DNA of 39,563 bases from a virus, in the UHGV virus genome UHGV-0170560; one strand, given 5' to 3'. Made by a program: the position numbers and the translations under genes. Positions 16,717 to 25,895 of this stretch are shown in pieces. Position 1 is the first letter of the stretch. Every line of letters starts with the position of its first letter. The notes beneath the pieces are model-generated. The model saw nothing but the letters and a program-made list of their open reading frames with translations, did not search any database and was not told where the DNA came from.

Positions 16717-19187
16717 CAGAATCCCCCAACAGTAAGGCGAGGAATAACGGCAAGAACAGACAGCGGCAACGGGTCAAGCTGACGGATTTTTACACGTCCG
16801 TTTTTGCCCCAGTTACTGTCCAGTTTCACTTCTACTTTTCCGGTAGCGTCATCAACAGGATCATCATAGAACTCGAATTCACGCTGTGGATATTCGTACC
16901 ATTTACCTCCGGGCGTAGTCGCCCAGATGCCGCGACTGGCATTCACAACCAGAGTAACGGAGGGGATCACCTGTTTTTTGTCCAGCAGCGTTTCCTGTCC
17001 GTTGATGTTGATATCCAGTGTTTCGAATTCAGCAGTTATTGGCAGGCCGATGTGCACTACAGCCCCCGGAGATTCCAGCGTGACGGCACCTCCGGAAACC
17101 ACTTTCTGTGGTTCCACGTTCGCATCAGAGAGAATGTTTACGGTCTGGCCTTCAAGATGAGACAGGCCTCCAAATGTCCGGCGCGCCATCTGCCAGTTCG
17201 TGGTGGCCACATTCCTGAGGGATGGCGGGACGTTCCTGTTAGCACGAACCACTACAGCGGTATTGCTGGTTACAGAAATAATGTCGCAACGTAATTCTTT
17301 TGACACCTCATCGCCAGTATCAGGAGCAGTTCCGGTATAAGGGAACTGTAGTTGCGCGCCGACATCACTACTGGTGAAGTACGCACCACCAGAAACACTG
17401 ATTGTATATTCCGCGCGGTAATCCCATTCGCCAGAACCACCAGTGATGATCATCGTTCTGTCAGACGTATTTCTTCCATCATAGCTAAGTCCAGAATCAA
17501 CAAAGAAAGCATCTTCATCGCCGGTAAATAAACGGCTGGACAGCCGCTCGATGTATCTCACTGTTTGCCCGTTAACGGTTCGGTTAACGACGAAATACAC
17601 CGCATCTTCATTGCCTTCGCTGATACTGCATGTGCTTTCATATTTTCCGGTACTGGATTGTGGTGCCCATGCAAAAACCTGCTGATCACGCAAATAGGTC
17701 ATCACCAGTAATTTACCGTCATCACGAATGCAGAAGGCGCTGGAGTAAGGGACAATAGAGAAGCACCAGTCAACAATGCTGTGCTTCTGAAAAAGATGAT
17801 TGGCAAGGATGGTCAGGTCGTTCCCCTGATAGCCGTCAACATCGAATGAGTAGGCCAGATCACGGACAACACTGCCTTTCTCCTGGACGAACAGAGCAAT
17901 ATTCGCCACGGCAATTGGTGGGACATTGCTCGAGCCATTTGATCCCTGAGAGCTGAATGCAAATGATGATGGGGTTAACACTTTGTTCTGGTCGCCGGTG
18001 ATGACGTACTCACCTCCGGAAGTCAGCGCCACCAGCGAACCAACATCAATCAGGTGGCGGATCTCATTAACCTGACGCCCGGCATAGGTGTAGATAATTC
18101 TGTCGTCATCCTGCGTAGGATTGCTTTTGCCAAAATCCTTATAATCCCCGGTACGGCTGGCCCAGATAGTCTGAGGGAACGCAGTAGATGCGGCGAAGTA
18201 AAGACGTTGTTGATAATAAACAACAGTGCCAGGATAACCGTTAATACTGTTCCAGGCATATTTAGCCCATTTATAGCTGGCATTATCCTCGCCAACTACC
18301 TGCGAAGGGATATAGGAAATCACCTCGGCAGTTGCAGTAGTTCCATTTGCAGCAGAGATACGGGCAATGCCAAAACCACTGTGCAGATACTCCCACTCAA
18401 TGCCGGTATCATCATCACCGGATCCGCCCCAGCCATCCCATGATGTGCCTTCTGTATGCGAAGGGCGCAAAGTACCTGTTTTGCCTGCTGTAACGGCGCG
18501 ATAGTAATTACTGTCTGCACGGCGAATATCGCCAATCGACGTACTCTTACTGGTTTCCCATACCGGTACTGAATCCACTGCTGGCTGTTCCAGATAGAAC
18601 AATTTGCCTACCTGCTCCGCGCCAAAAATAGAGGCGCTTGCCGTTAACGTAATTGTCCCGGTGCTGGCGCTGGCATAAACCGTCACTGACTCGTCAATAT
18701 TGATATCTTCAAATGGCCCGTTCTTCGTTACCACATCAACCAGTTGCCAGTTGTCATGAGCATATCGGCGCAACTCTTTCGGCGGGTATGCCGGGTGAAC
18801 CAGCGTAAGCACGTCGGCGCTTTGCGTGAATTTAATTCGGAACAGATCGGCTTCAGTATATGGCGTGGCAATTTCATAAATAACATTGCTGCTGTTCAGC
18901 ACCAACGCACCATCTTTGATAACGCGCATGTACTGGTGTCCGAACTCCAGAGCATAGGTCTGAACCGTCGAGAACTGGAACGGGATCAGGCGGCATTTCC
19001 GATTTGGGTATTTGGCGGCACCGACAAAACGCGTACCAGGTCGATTCTCAACGCCGCCATACTGCCGCACGATAAAATTATCGCACTTGCGCAATGCCAC
19101 CTGGTACTTCGCCATGTCGATACGCCCGTACAACGACGGTCCAATCTCACCACCGGCAAAGCTGGGCTGGATCCAACTGATAGCCAT
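16716..19187 (-). CDS. Tail tubular protein B-like (nozzle)
   Basis: 823 aa; size and position after the gp11-like gene match the T7-type tail module. Confidence 0.6.
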   Translation of the reverse strand: MAISWIQPSFAGGEIGPSLYGRIDMAKYQVALRKCDNFIVRQYGGVENRPGTRFVGAAKYPNRKCRLIPFQFSTVQTYALEFGHQYMRVIKDGALVLNSSNVIYEIATPYTEADLFRIKFTQSADVLTLVHPAYPPKELRRYAHDNWQLVDVVTKNGPFEDINIDESVTVYASASTGTITLTASASIFGAEQVGKLFYLEQPAVDSVPVWETSKSTSIGDIRRADSNYYRAVTAGKTGTLRPSHTEGTSWDGWGGSGDDDTGIEWEYLHSGFGIARISAANGTTATAEVISYIPSQVVGEDNASYKWAKYAWNSINGYPGTVVYYQQRLYFAASTAFPQTIWASRTGDYKDFGKSNPTQDDDRIIYTYAGRQVNEIRHLIDVGSLVALTSGGEYVITGDQNKVLTPSSFAFSSQGSNGSSNVPPIAVANIALFVQEKGSVVRDLAYSFDVDGYQGNDLTILANHLFQKHSIVDWCFSIVPYSSAFCIRDDGKLLVMTYLRDQQVFAWAPQSSTGKYESTCSISEGNEDAVYFVVNRTVNGQTVRYIERLSSRLFTGDEDAFFVDSGLSYDGRNTSDRTMIITGGSGEWDYRAEYTISVSGGAYFTSSDVGAQLQFPYTGTAPDTGDEVSKELRCDIISVTSNTAVVVRANRNVPPSLRNVATTNWQMARRTFGGLSHLEGQTVNILSDANVEPQKVVSGGAVTLESPGAVVHIGLPITAEFETLDININGQETLLDKKQVIPSVTLVVNASRGIWATTPGGKWYEYPQREFEFYDDPVDDATGKVEVKLDSNWGKNGRVKIRQLDPLPLSVLAVIPRLTVGGF

Positions 19188-19792
19188 CAGGACAACCTCG
19201 CAATGGTAAACTCATCAACCGGTGGCTGTGGTTCCTGTGATTCATTCTGGCTATGCGAGCCAGCACTAAGAATCACGCGATTGTACATATTGAGGGCAAA
19301 CGTACCGAGGTCTGCATTCCCAGTCAGCGCCATGTTAATAGCTGCCGCAAGACGCCAGGCCAACGCCTCCATAAAAATGGCATCAAACATGTTCACATCT
19401 GAAACGCGAGAGACATACTTGAGCCATGCCTGCGGCTGGTCTGTGTAGATCAACTTTCCTGTTCCGTTGGTGTCTGCACCAACTTCGTACTGAACGCGCA
19501 TTGCTGCTGTTGGATTGCGTACACCAGGAAGCATAATTTCAGTAATGCGCAGACAATCGGACGGGTACTGATACGCATATTCCCAGTCAGGCGGTGGATT
19601 GCTCGTATCTGCAAGCGCCACGCGTTTGGTAGCAAAGTTCCAGTCAAAATCAGAAAGCACAGCATCACGGCAGGCCTCAAAGTGCAGCGAACATTCCCCC
19701 GCTTCCTTGCTGGCTTCCGTCAGGCTGTTAATGCTGCGGCTATTGCCAATATTGGACAGCGCACGATTGCAGATCTCTACTACAGAGGCCAT
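19187..19792 (-). CDS. Tail tubular protein A-like (adaptor)
   Basis: 201 aa; weak recalled resemblance to T7 gp11 at N- and C-termini; synteny. Confidence 0.55.
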   Translation of the reverse strand: MASVVEICNRALSNIGNSRSINSLTEASKEAGECSLHFEACRDAVLSDFDWNFATKRVALADTSNPPPDWEYAYQYPSDCLRITEIMLPGVRNPTAAMRVQYEVGADTNGTGKLIYTDQPQAWLKYVSRVSDVNMFDAIFMEALAWRLAAAINMALTGNADLGTFALNMYNRVILSAGSHSQNESQEPQPPVDEFTIARLS

Positions 19793-20121
19793 TACTCACC
19801 CCCATTGCCGTACAGGGTTTCAGCCGCTGATTTTTCTACATCCCCGGAAACAGGAGCGATCGCCATATCAGTGATCTGCAGATCGGCGCTGCGATTAACA
19901 CCATCGTCAGTTTCTCTGGCAGACAGGCCTCGAATAACAGCTTTTGCAGTTATCATCACTTCTGTTCCGACGCCCTGAGGTTGCGCCTTCAGCTTATTCA
20001 ATGTGTCGTTATTAAGAGTGATGCACAGCCCCCACGGGTATTCATCGCGAGTTCTGGTTTCTCCGCTCTCATCCTGGTAGCTGTCAGTGCCGGTTTTGAG
20101 GTTTACGAGTTCCATATACAC
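19792..20121 (-). CDS. Hypothetical virion-associated protein
   Basis: 109-aa ORF in the head-tail gene block. Confidence 0.5.
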   Translation of the reverse strand: MYMELVNLKTGTDSYQDESGETRTRDEYPWGLCITLNNDTLNKLKAQPQGVGTEVMITAKAVIRGLSARETDDGVNRSADLQITDMAIAPVSGDVEKSAAETLYGNGGE

Positions 20122-20127
20122 TCCTGC

Positions 20128-20148
20128 AATAAAGGGGCCGAAGCCCCT
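20128..20148 (-). terminator. Rho-independent terminator inside the late gene cluster
   Basis: Minus-strand stem GGGGC/GCCCC with loop TTCG followed by TTTATT. Confidence 0.55.
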
Positions 20149-20165
20149 TGTCGGATTCGCGAGGC

Positions 20166-20510
20166 TTACACGCCTAGTTCTTTACGCTTATCTGCGATCT
20201 TCTCGCGGAGCGTTTCGGCTTTAGCGTTATGGTGTGGCTTCTCGTTAAAGAGCAATTCGTACTCTTCACGGAGCTTATCCAGTTCACCATCATCTGACAC
20301 ATCGTTGATGATTTTGGTGCTGGTTGCTGCCATTGACACCTTTCCTGCAACTTTTGCTTTTGCCTGTCTGGCTGCATCGTTAACAGGTTCCAGTGCGCTA
20401 CCAGGCTCACCTTCGTATTCGATTTCTGCCCCCTCCGGCCACAGAGTGTTATGGATATGAGAGAGGCGCAGAACGCGGTATCTTGGTTTCTCACCTGACA
20501 TCGATATCAC
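20166..20510 (-). CDS. Hypothetical head protein
   Basis: 114-aa ORF directly after the 145-aa gene. Confidence 0.5.
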   Translation of the reverse strand: MISMSGEKPRYRVLRLSHIHNTLWPEGAEIEYEGEPGSALEPVNDAARQAKAKVAGKVSMAATSTKIINDVSDDGELDKLREEYELLFNEKPHHNAKAETLREKIADKRKELGV

Positions 20511-20511
20511 C

Positions 20512-20949
20512 TTAACCAGTTACTTTTGAGCGGATCGGATACGGCGTATTGGCATCAACATCAAGACTGATACCAGCAGTGAATTCGCCAGCCGTTAGTG
20601 GGCCAGTTGCGACGGAGTAGTTAACACGCAGATATCGCTGAACACCGGCAGGCACCTTTGCAGAAACAACTCGTTTACCTGCTGTCAGGGTGGTCTTTGC
20701 CAGTGCACCACTATCATAAATAGTGGTCCATGAGCTGTTATCCTCACTCGTCTGCAACTGGATGTTTACAGTTGCATTACCGCTTGCTGCGGCGGCTGTG
20801 TTAACCAGCGCCCAAAACTCAAGCGGGTAACCCACGCCGATATCACGACGTTTTCCGTCAATTGGACCGAGATCGATTACGTCAGTAGAAGCCGCGGTAT
20901 CAGTTACCGCCTGTGCTTCGGAGAACATCAACAGTTTGTCGGTGATCAT
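20512..20949 (-). CDS. Putative capsid decoration/minor capsid protein
   Basis: 145 aa, Thr/Ala/Gly-rich beta-type composition, immediately after the major capsid gene. Confidence 0.45.
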   Translation of the reverse strand: MITDKLLMFSEAQAVTDTAASTDVIDLGPIDGKRRDIGVGYPLEFWALVNTAAAASGNATVNIQLQTSEDNSSWTTIYDSGALAKTTLTAGKRVVSAKVPAGVQRYLRVNYSVATGPLTAGEFTAGISLDVDANTPYPIRSKVTG

Positions 20950-21000
20950 CTTCTTTCTCCATTAGTGGGTCTGTTACGACCCACAGGTTAATAACAGGCG

Positions 21001-21993
21001 TTACACCACGCGGGCTTCTGTTTCCAGAAGCGTATCAGTTTCACGGATTGGTACACCACGGAATGACGTCCACCACTCGCCTTCAGTCTCTTTTACGCTG
21101 ATCGCCAGAGATGTTTTCTCCAGAGACTGCAAATCAAGAGCCTGGCCTACAGTGCGGTTCATGTAGAACACCGGGCGCCCCATGCCACGGTTCGGAATGC
21201 GATGCAGTGCTTTAACCATCAACTTCGCAATATTTGCGGTAGAGGAAGGTTCTGAAAGATTGCTGACATCGATGTTTGCAATGCGAACAACATAACGCCA
21301 GTCACGCAGAGCAAGTCCGTTGTCCCATTTGTAATGGGTTCGGTAGCCTTCGTACTTGCCACCATTAGCATCTTCCAGTGTCACCTGGCCTTTATCTTCC
21401 ATCTGGATGCCAGCCTTCTGCCCTTTCGGGAAGATGCCATGCACGGTGTTTTCGCCCCACACCACTAACCAGATTGAGGTGTTATCTGTACCCGTGCCAC
21501 CAGCATCAATGATGTTCTGAGCATTACCTGCAGACAGGCTGGAATAGCGGGAGGACAGTCCCATAAACTGCTGAGGGTTAACGCTGGAATCACCATAAAA
21601 CAGCGTCTGCGCCATCTGCTGATTCATCGCTTCAATAAATGCGCGGTCTTCAGACAGGCGGAATTCGGCGGTATTGCCGTTCAGATCAGCCAGTGACTTA
21701 TCGACTTCAGCATAGGTTTCCAGCATGCCAACGGAATCGGTTACCTGCACTGTGGTTGATTTGCTTGGCTGTACGCCATAGTTCAGCAAACGCCAAGTAG
21801 CTGAAGGTAAACCAGAACGAATGGTGGTTCGGTGTCCGGTAGGAAGGTTCCCTTCGACAAAAGGCATATCCTGAAGGATCGGGTTAGTTTGACCGAGAAG
21901 CTCGATAATCTTATCGACTTTCCCGTTTGGATCGACGCGCTTACCCCAGTCAGCCAGCGTTAGCGCAGTTAAGCCTTTAACAGCCATTGTCAT
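21001..21993 (-). CDS. Major capsid protein
   Basis: 330 aa; position directly after the scaffold-like gene; size and composition typical of an HK97-fold coat protein. Confidence 0.7.
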   Translation of the reverse strand: MTMAVKGLTALTLADWGKRVDPNGKVDKIIELLGQTNPILQDMPFVEGNLPTGHRTTIRSGLPSATWRLLNYGVQPSKSTTVQVTDSVGMLETYAEVDKSLADLNGNTAEFRLSEDRAFIEAMNQQMAQTLFYGDSSVNPQQFMGLSSRYSSLSAGNAQNIIDAGGTGTDNTSIWLVVWGENTVHGIFPKGQKAGIQMEDKGQVTLEDANGGKYEGYRTHYKWDNGLALRDWRYVVRIANIDVSNLSEPSSTANIAKLMVKALHRIPNRGMGRPVFYMNRTVGQALDLQSLEKTSLAISVKETEGEWWTSFRGVPIRETDTLLETEARVV

Positions 21994-22001
21994 TTCCTCT
22001 C

Positions 22002-22703
22002 TTATTTGCCATAGAGCACTTCGGCCGCACTACGCTGGCCTTCATTACCACCGGTGACCATGCCATCTTCAGACATCGCCTTTCCGATTTTCACGAACGT
22101 TTTAACCAGATCAGGGTGATTACCCAGCCCGGTGGTGTTCAGATATTCTTTGAGTTCAGGTGTCCCGAACTGGTCAAGCGCACGCTGTGCGGCGCTAAGG
22201 TTAGAAATCAACTTGTCGCCACCGATTTCTTTGTCAGCTTTTACATCAGCAGCCCACTGCTCGGTCGTTTTCTGCCAGGCTTCTGCCTGACGCTGCTGCA
22301 CACCTGCCAGAATCTTCGGATAAGCATCAACCAGCTTTTGCGCTTGCTCGTTGGTCAGGTTAAGGTCTCGCGCCACCGGCTCGAATTCCTTCAACGCTTC
22401 TGTATCCAGCTCTACGCCTTCGGCAGCCTGAAACTCGTACTTCTCAGGCGCACCATCTGGTTTATCGCCGTCCTTTTTTTCATCCTGCTTATCGTTTTCA
22501 GACTTTTTGTCATCAGTAGGTTTATCGCCATCAGCAACAGGTTGTGGCTTATCACCTTCCTGTTGTGATGGCTCACCAACTGGAGCAGGGTTATCACCTG
22601 CAGGCGCTGACGATTCTGACGCAGCCGGAGCTGCTCCACCATCGACTGGTTGCTCATTGCAAAGACGGCGATACAGCAAACGCTCAAATAAATTCATGAT
22701 CAC
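22002..22703 (-). CDS. Scaffolding protein
   Basis: 233 aa, acidic low-complexity Pro/Asp/Lys-rich middle and helical C-terminus, between portal and capsid. Confidence 0.65.
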   Translation of the reverse strand: MIMNLFERLLYRRLCNEQPVDGGAAPAASESSAPAGDNPAPVGEPSQQEGDKPQPVADGDKPTDDKKSENDKQDEKKDGDKPDGAPEKYEFQAAEGVELDTEALKEFEPVARDLNLTNEQAQKLVDAYPKILAGVQQRQAEAWQKTTEQWAADVKADKEIGGDKLISNLSAAQRALDQFGTPELKEYLNTTGLGNHPDLVKTFVKIGKAMSEDGMVTGGNEGQRSAAEVLYGK

Positions 22704-22996
22704 TCCTGTTCACTGGCCTCTTTGGCCATCTTCAAATACTGTTCAGGGCAATGCGCCATAACGCGCTGAAACAGTTCCAGCGCCAGATTGCGTTGCCCCT
22801 CATTAAATGCCATTGCCATAGCGTCCATCGGCGAGATAGCGGAAAACACACGGCCTTTCTCCAGCACCGACCAGACAACGCGACGCCCCTGTTCACTGCT
22901 CATGACAAAGCGAATGTCATCAATTTCACGCTGCGCCATGTCACGTTGCTTACGGGCGTTTTCTTCTTTCAGATGATCGTCTTCGTAATCTGTCAT
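22700..22996 (-). CDS. Hypothetical protein between portal and scaffold
   Basis: 98-aa ORF, overlap coupling at both ends. Confidence 0.5.
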   Translation of the reverse strand: MTDYEDDHLKEENARKQRDMAQREIDDIRFVMSSEQGRRVVWSVLEKGRVFSAISPMDAMAMAFNEGQRNLALELFQRVMAHCPEQYLKMAKEASEQE

Positions 22997-24672
22997 TGTG
23001 ATTGCCCACCCTGGCCACTAACTGCATTCGCCATAGCTGACAAAACACTCGGATCCGAAGTTTTAGCTTCGCTAAGCGTCTTGGCACCCTGTGCCGCCGC
23101 CATCCCCATCGCCATCATTTGTTGCTGCTGTTGCTGCTGTGCCCGTTGCTGGCGAGCCTGCTCAACCTGTTCCTGCGGAACAATGACGGTTGGAGACACT
23201 CCGGACATATCAGCGAATGCATCGATCGCCTGATCAACGTTGAGTTTGTCGAGAGCTTCTGGTTTCGCTTGCGCAAGTTGACCAATGAAGTTGACCGTGG
23301 ACGCCAGACTGGACAAGCCGATAGACTTCTGCGCCTGAGCCATGACGGAAATGTATTCGACCTTCAGGGGCATACCTTCCATCACGTCTGGCGGTGGCGG
23401 CAGCATGTTTTTACGCACCATCATCGAGAAAGCGCGGTCAATGAGAGGATTAAGACATTCGTCGTTCAGACGCTCCAGAACCGGCCCCAACATCAGAAGT
23501 TTTTCTTCTTTCATTTCGATCACCGCTTCAACAGGCATCGAGCGGGTATTGATGTTCTGCAACATCATGAACAGATCGACAAAGTAGGCGCTGTTAATGA
23601 TTTGACGAGTGTCCTGAATGTCTGCCACCAAATCTGCTGTACTGGGGTTAACCAGATAAGCAGGCCTGAAACCATCCTGACCAGTAATCTGATCGATATA
23701 CGTGATGTCGCCAGGAAGAAGGGAGGCACGCTGATTCTTGAGGGAAGTCGGAGCAACCATCGGCGGATTGGTGGCTTTATCAATCAACTGCGACTTGCGC
23801 TTCTGGAGAAGCTGCAATGCCTTAACAGGTCCAAGCGCCAGCATACCCGGGCATGATGATCCATAAACATCTTCGCCGTTAACTTCCCAGCGCGGAGCCA
23901 TAATTGGAAACTCATCGAATCCGGACTCACGCAACAACTTGTCGTTATCGCCGCCAACCTCGTAATAAACCGATTTGAATGGCTTGTTCTTGCTATCCAG
24001 CTTCGATGTATCGCGGTCAATGTTCGGGTAAACCGAATGCATCACTTCAATCCACTTCTCGTAGGTGCCGCTTTCCCACATGCTTTTTACGGATTCGCTG
24101 ACGTTATTTAGCCCGAACTCCTGAACAAGCTGACGAACAGTCATAGAGAACTTGCGAAAACAGGTGTCCACACTGCCACGAGGTGAGTTAGCCAGGTAGT
24201 AACTGCCTATCGGGAATGGCATTGTGCGAATGATGTCCTCGTCATCCTCCAGCACTGCCATTGCACCAGTGCTGTATGTGCCGAGGCTTCCGTATAACTG
24301 CGGCAGCGACTGATAGAGATTCGACTTATTGAACATATCGTTCATGCGGTTCTGCACCGCCTCAAGCCACAACTTAACAGGGCCATAATCCATCATTTCA
24401 GGATCTGGCGTAGCCAGGCGAAACCACGGACGCGCGGGGCTTGTGATGCCTGACATCATGCCGCTGGCGAGAGTGCGCGCCGCCATAGTCCCGGTCGAAT
24501 CAATAATGCGTGTATTGCGCCGATCGTTACGGTTGACCTCAGAAGTCAGAAAGCGGGAACCACGCGGGTTGATGTAATCACTCAACTCGCGCCAGTGCGG
24601 CTCGAACGACTGACGCTCGCTTTCAAGTTGTGCGAACTGTTTGTTCAATCGCTCTTTAGTTGTTTCCGCCAT
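22993..24672 (-). CDS. Portal protein (T7 gp8-like)
   Basis: 559 aa; C-terminal Q-rich/MAMGMAAAQG region resembles the T7 gp8 C-terminus by recollection; lies after the terminase region. Confidence 0.8.
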   Translation of the reverse strand: MAETTKERLNKQFAQLESERQSFEPHWRELSDYINPRGSRFLTSEVNRNDRRNTRIIDSTGTMAARTLASGMMSGITSPARPWFRLATPDPEMMDYGPVKLWLEAVQNRMNDMFNKSNLYQSLPQLYGSLGTYSTGAMAVLEDDEDIIRTMPFPIGSYYLANSPRGSVDTCFRKFSMTVRQLVQEFGLNNVSESVKSMWESGTYEKWIEVMHSVYPNIDRDTSKLDSKNKPFKSVYYEVGGDNDKLLRESGFDEFPIMAPRWEVNGEDVYGSSCPGMLALGPVKALQLLQKRKSQLIDKATNPPMVAPTSLKNQRASLLPGDITYIDQITGQDGFRPAYLVNPSTADLVADIQDTRQIINSAYFVDLFMMLQNINTRSMPVEAVIEMKEEKLLMLGPVLERLNDECLNPLIDRAFSMMVRKNMLPPPPDVMEGMPLKVEYISVMAQAQKSIGLSSLASTVNFIGQLAQAKPEALDKLNVDQAIDAFADMSGVSPTVIVPQEQVEQARQQRAQQQQQQQMMAMGMAAAQGAKTLSEAKTSDPSVLSAMANAVSGQGGQSQ

Positions 24673-24686
24673 TTCAATGACTCCGG

Positions 24687-24893
24687 TTACTGACCAAGTA
24701 GCGTTTTACCGCTGGTATTAGCGGTTGATGTGTCGCCCTGAGAACCGGTAAGCAGCGTAGAACTACGACCAGCAGCAGCGCGACGGCGACGAGTTTCTTC
24801 GTCGCGGGCATCAACAACGGCGGCATCCTGCTCCTGTGGTGCTGCCTGAACTTCTGGTGTTGCAGGCACTGATGGTGAGCTACCCATGCACAT
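24687..24893 (-). CDS. Hypothetical small Ala/Gln-rich protein upstream of portal
   Basis: 68 aa with GGAG RBS at 9-nt spacing; preferred over the overlapping 79-aa ORF, which would need a TTG start. Confidence 0.4.
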   Translation of the reverse strand: MCMGSSPSVPATPEVQAAPQEQDAAVVDARDEETRRRRAAAGRSSTLLTGSQGDTSTANTSGKTLLGQ

Positions 24894-25320
24894 ATCAATG
24901 ACTCCGTACGCAATTAAATTATTACCAATTTAACCACATATGATTTATTTATCGTAGATAGTTGACATTTTATGCACGAATTATTACCTTTTGGGTAACC
25001 AAAGAGTTCATTCCGGTTACTAACCTGACTGGCTTGTCGTTAAATTGAACAGGTGGAGTGAGCTTTTATTTTGAGCAGTACGGCGTATGGCACATGCGCC
25101 GATAGCGGTCTGGATACGTTTAAGGGGCACCCTCCCTTGCTCGGGCAAACGAACCAGGTAGCCGGAATGTGCAAGTCGAGCGGTTTTATTCCGCGCACGG
25201 GGATTCACCATCCCGGCGATTCGGTGTGACGCCTCGGAAGAGACGAGGGTACAACGATGAGAGCATTTATGGAGCCGCGACAAAGTGTGGCGCCTTAACA
25301 GGCTAAGTGCTCTCAGCGTT

Positions 25321-25397
25321 GTGGCATTAGCTCAGTTGGACAGAGCAACCGCCTTCTAAGCGGTTGGCCGCAGGTTCGAATCCTGCATGCCACGCCA
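25321..25397 (+). tRNA. tRNA-Arg (anticodon UCU), CCA encoded
   Basis: Hand-folded cloverleaf: acceptor GTGGCAT/ATGCCAC, D-stem GCTC/GAGC, anticodon stem ACCGC/GCGGT with loop CTTCTAA, T-stem GCAGG/CCTGC with TTCGAAT loop; argU-like. Confidence 0.9.
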
Positions 25398-25439
25398 GAA
25401 TCACGCCTAAGGACCGTGATGCCAGAAGTTCAAGGGCTT

Positions 25440-25481
25440 GGCGGTGATGGTTTCCCTTGAAGGACTATCACCGCCCTTTTT
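25440..25481 (+). terminator. Terminator-like hairpin after the tRNA
   Basis: 9-bp stem GGCGGTGAT/ATCACCGCC followed by CTTTTT. Confidence 0.6.
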
Positions 25482-25559
25482 ACAGCAGGACGCCATTGCG
25501 ATGACTTCATGCTGTAAACCAGTACAGCCACGGAAGGCATAACTCATTGCTTCCAGTTC

Positions 25560-25584
25560 GCCCGGTTCGTCCGGGCATTTTTTT
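25560..25584 (+). terminator. Rho-independent terminator
   Basis: Stem GCCCGG/CCGGGC with loop TTCGT followed by a 7-T run. Confidence 0.7.
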
Positions 25585-25637
25585 GCCTGTAGGTTACCTT
25601 ACAGGTATCATCGAAATTCACATAGCAAGGAGGAATT

Positions 25638-25820
25638 ATGACTGACCAGGTTTATGATTTAACTAAAATTACCGAGATTGAACAGACTAACGATGCGCAA
25701 AGAGCAAACTTCCTTTTAGGAAGCGGATGGGTATTACTCAAGGTAACTGAAACGCAATTCCATGATAACTATGGTGCTTTAAAAGCAGACGTGGTTTTCA
25801 CATTAGGCAATCCACAGTAA
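25638..25820 (+). CDS. Hypothetical small protein (moron)
   Basis: 60 aa, AGGAGG RBS, followed by a hairpin at 25829-25851. Confidence 0.5.
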   Translation: MTDQVYDLTKITEIEQTNDAQRANFLLGSGWVLLKVTETQFHDNYGALKADVVFTLGNPQ

Positions 25821-25895
25821 TTGTTAATAGCCCGCCCTATGCGGGCTCTTTAGTGTGGCAAGATCAGTTATATTATTTTCCGCAGCGAGCCAGCA

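Noticed and set aside
24674-24913. 79-aa ORF overlapping the 68-aa gene upstream of portal
   Set aside because: It needs a TTG start without an RBS, whereas the alternative frame has an ATG with GGAG at 9-nt spacing; only the 68-aa frame is reported, at low confidence.
25020-25283. 87-aa minus-strand ORF upstream of the tRNA
   Set aside because: No RBS, Arg-rich low-complexity translation, and it runs through a GC-rich hairpin-rich segment; more likely non-coding.
25585-25603. LexA-like CTGT...ACAG palindrome upstream of the 25638 gene
   Set aside because: The spacing is CTGT-N10-ACAG, not the N8 required for LexA; the element is an instance of the TTACC-N5-GGTA palindrome.
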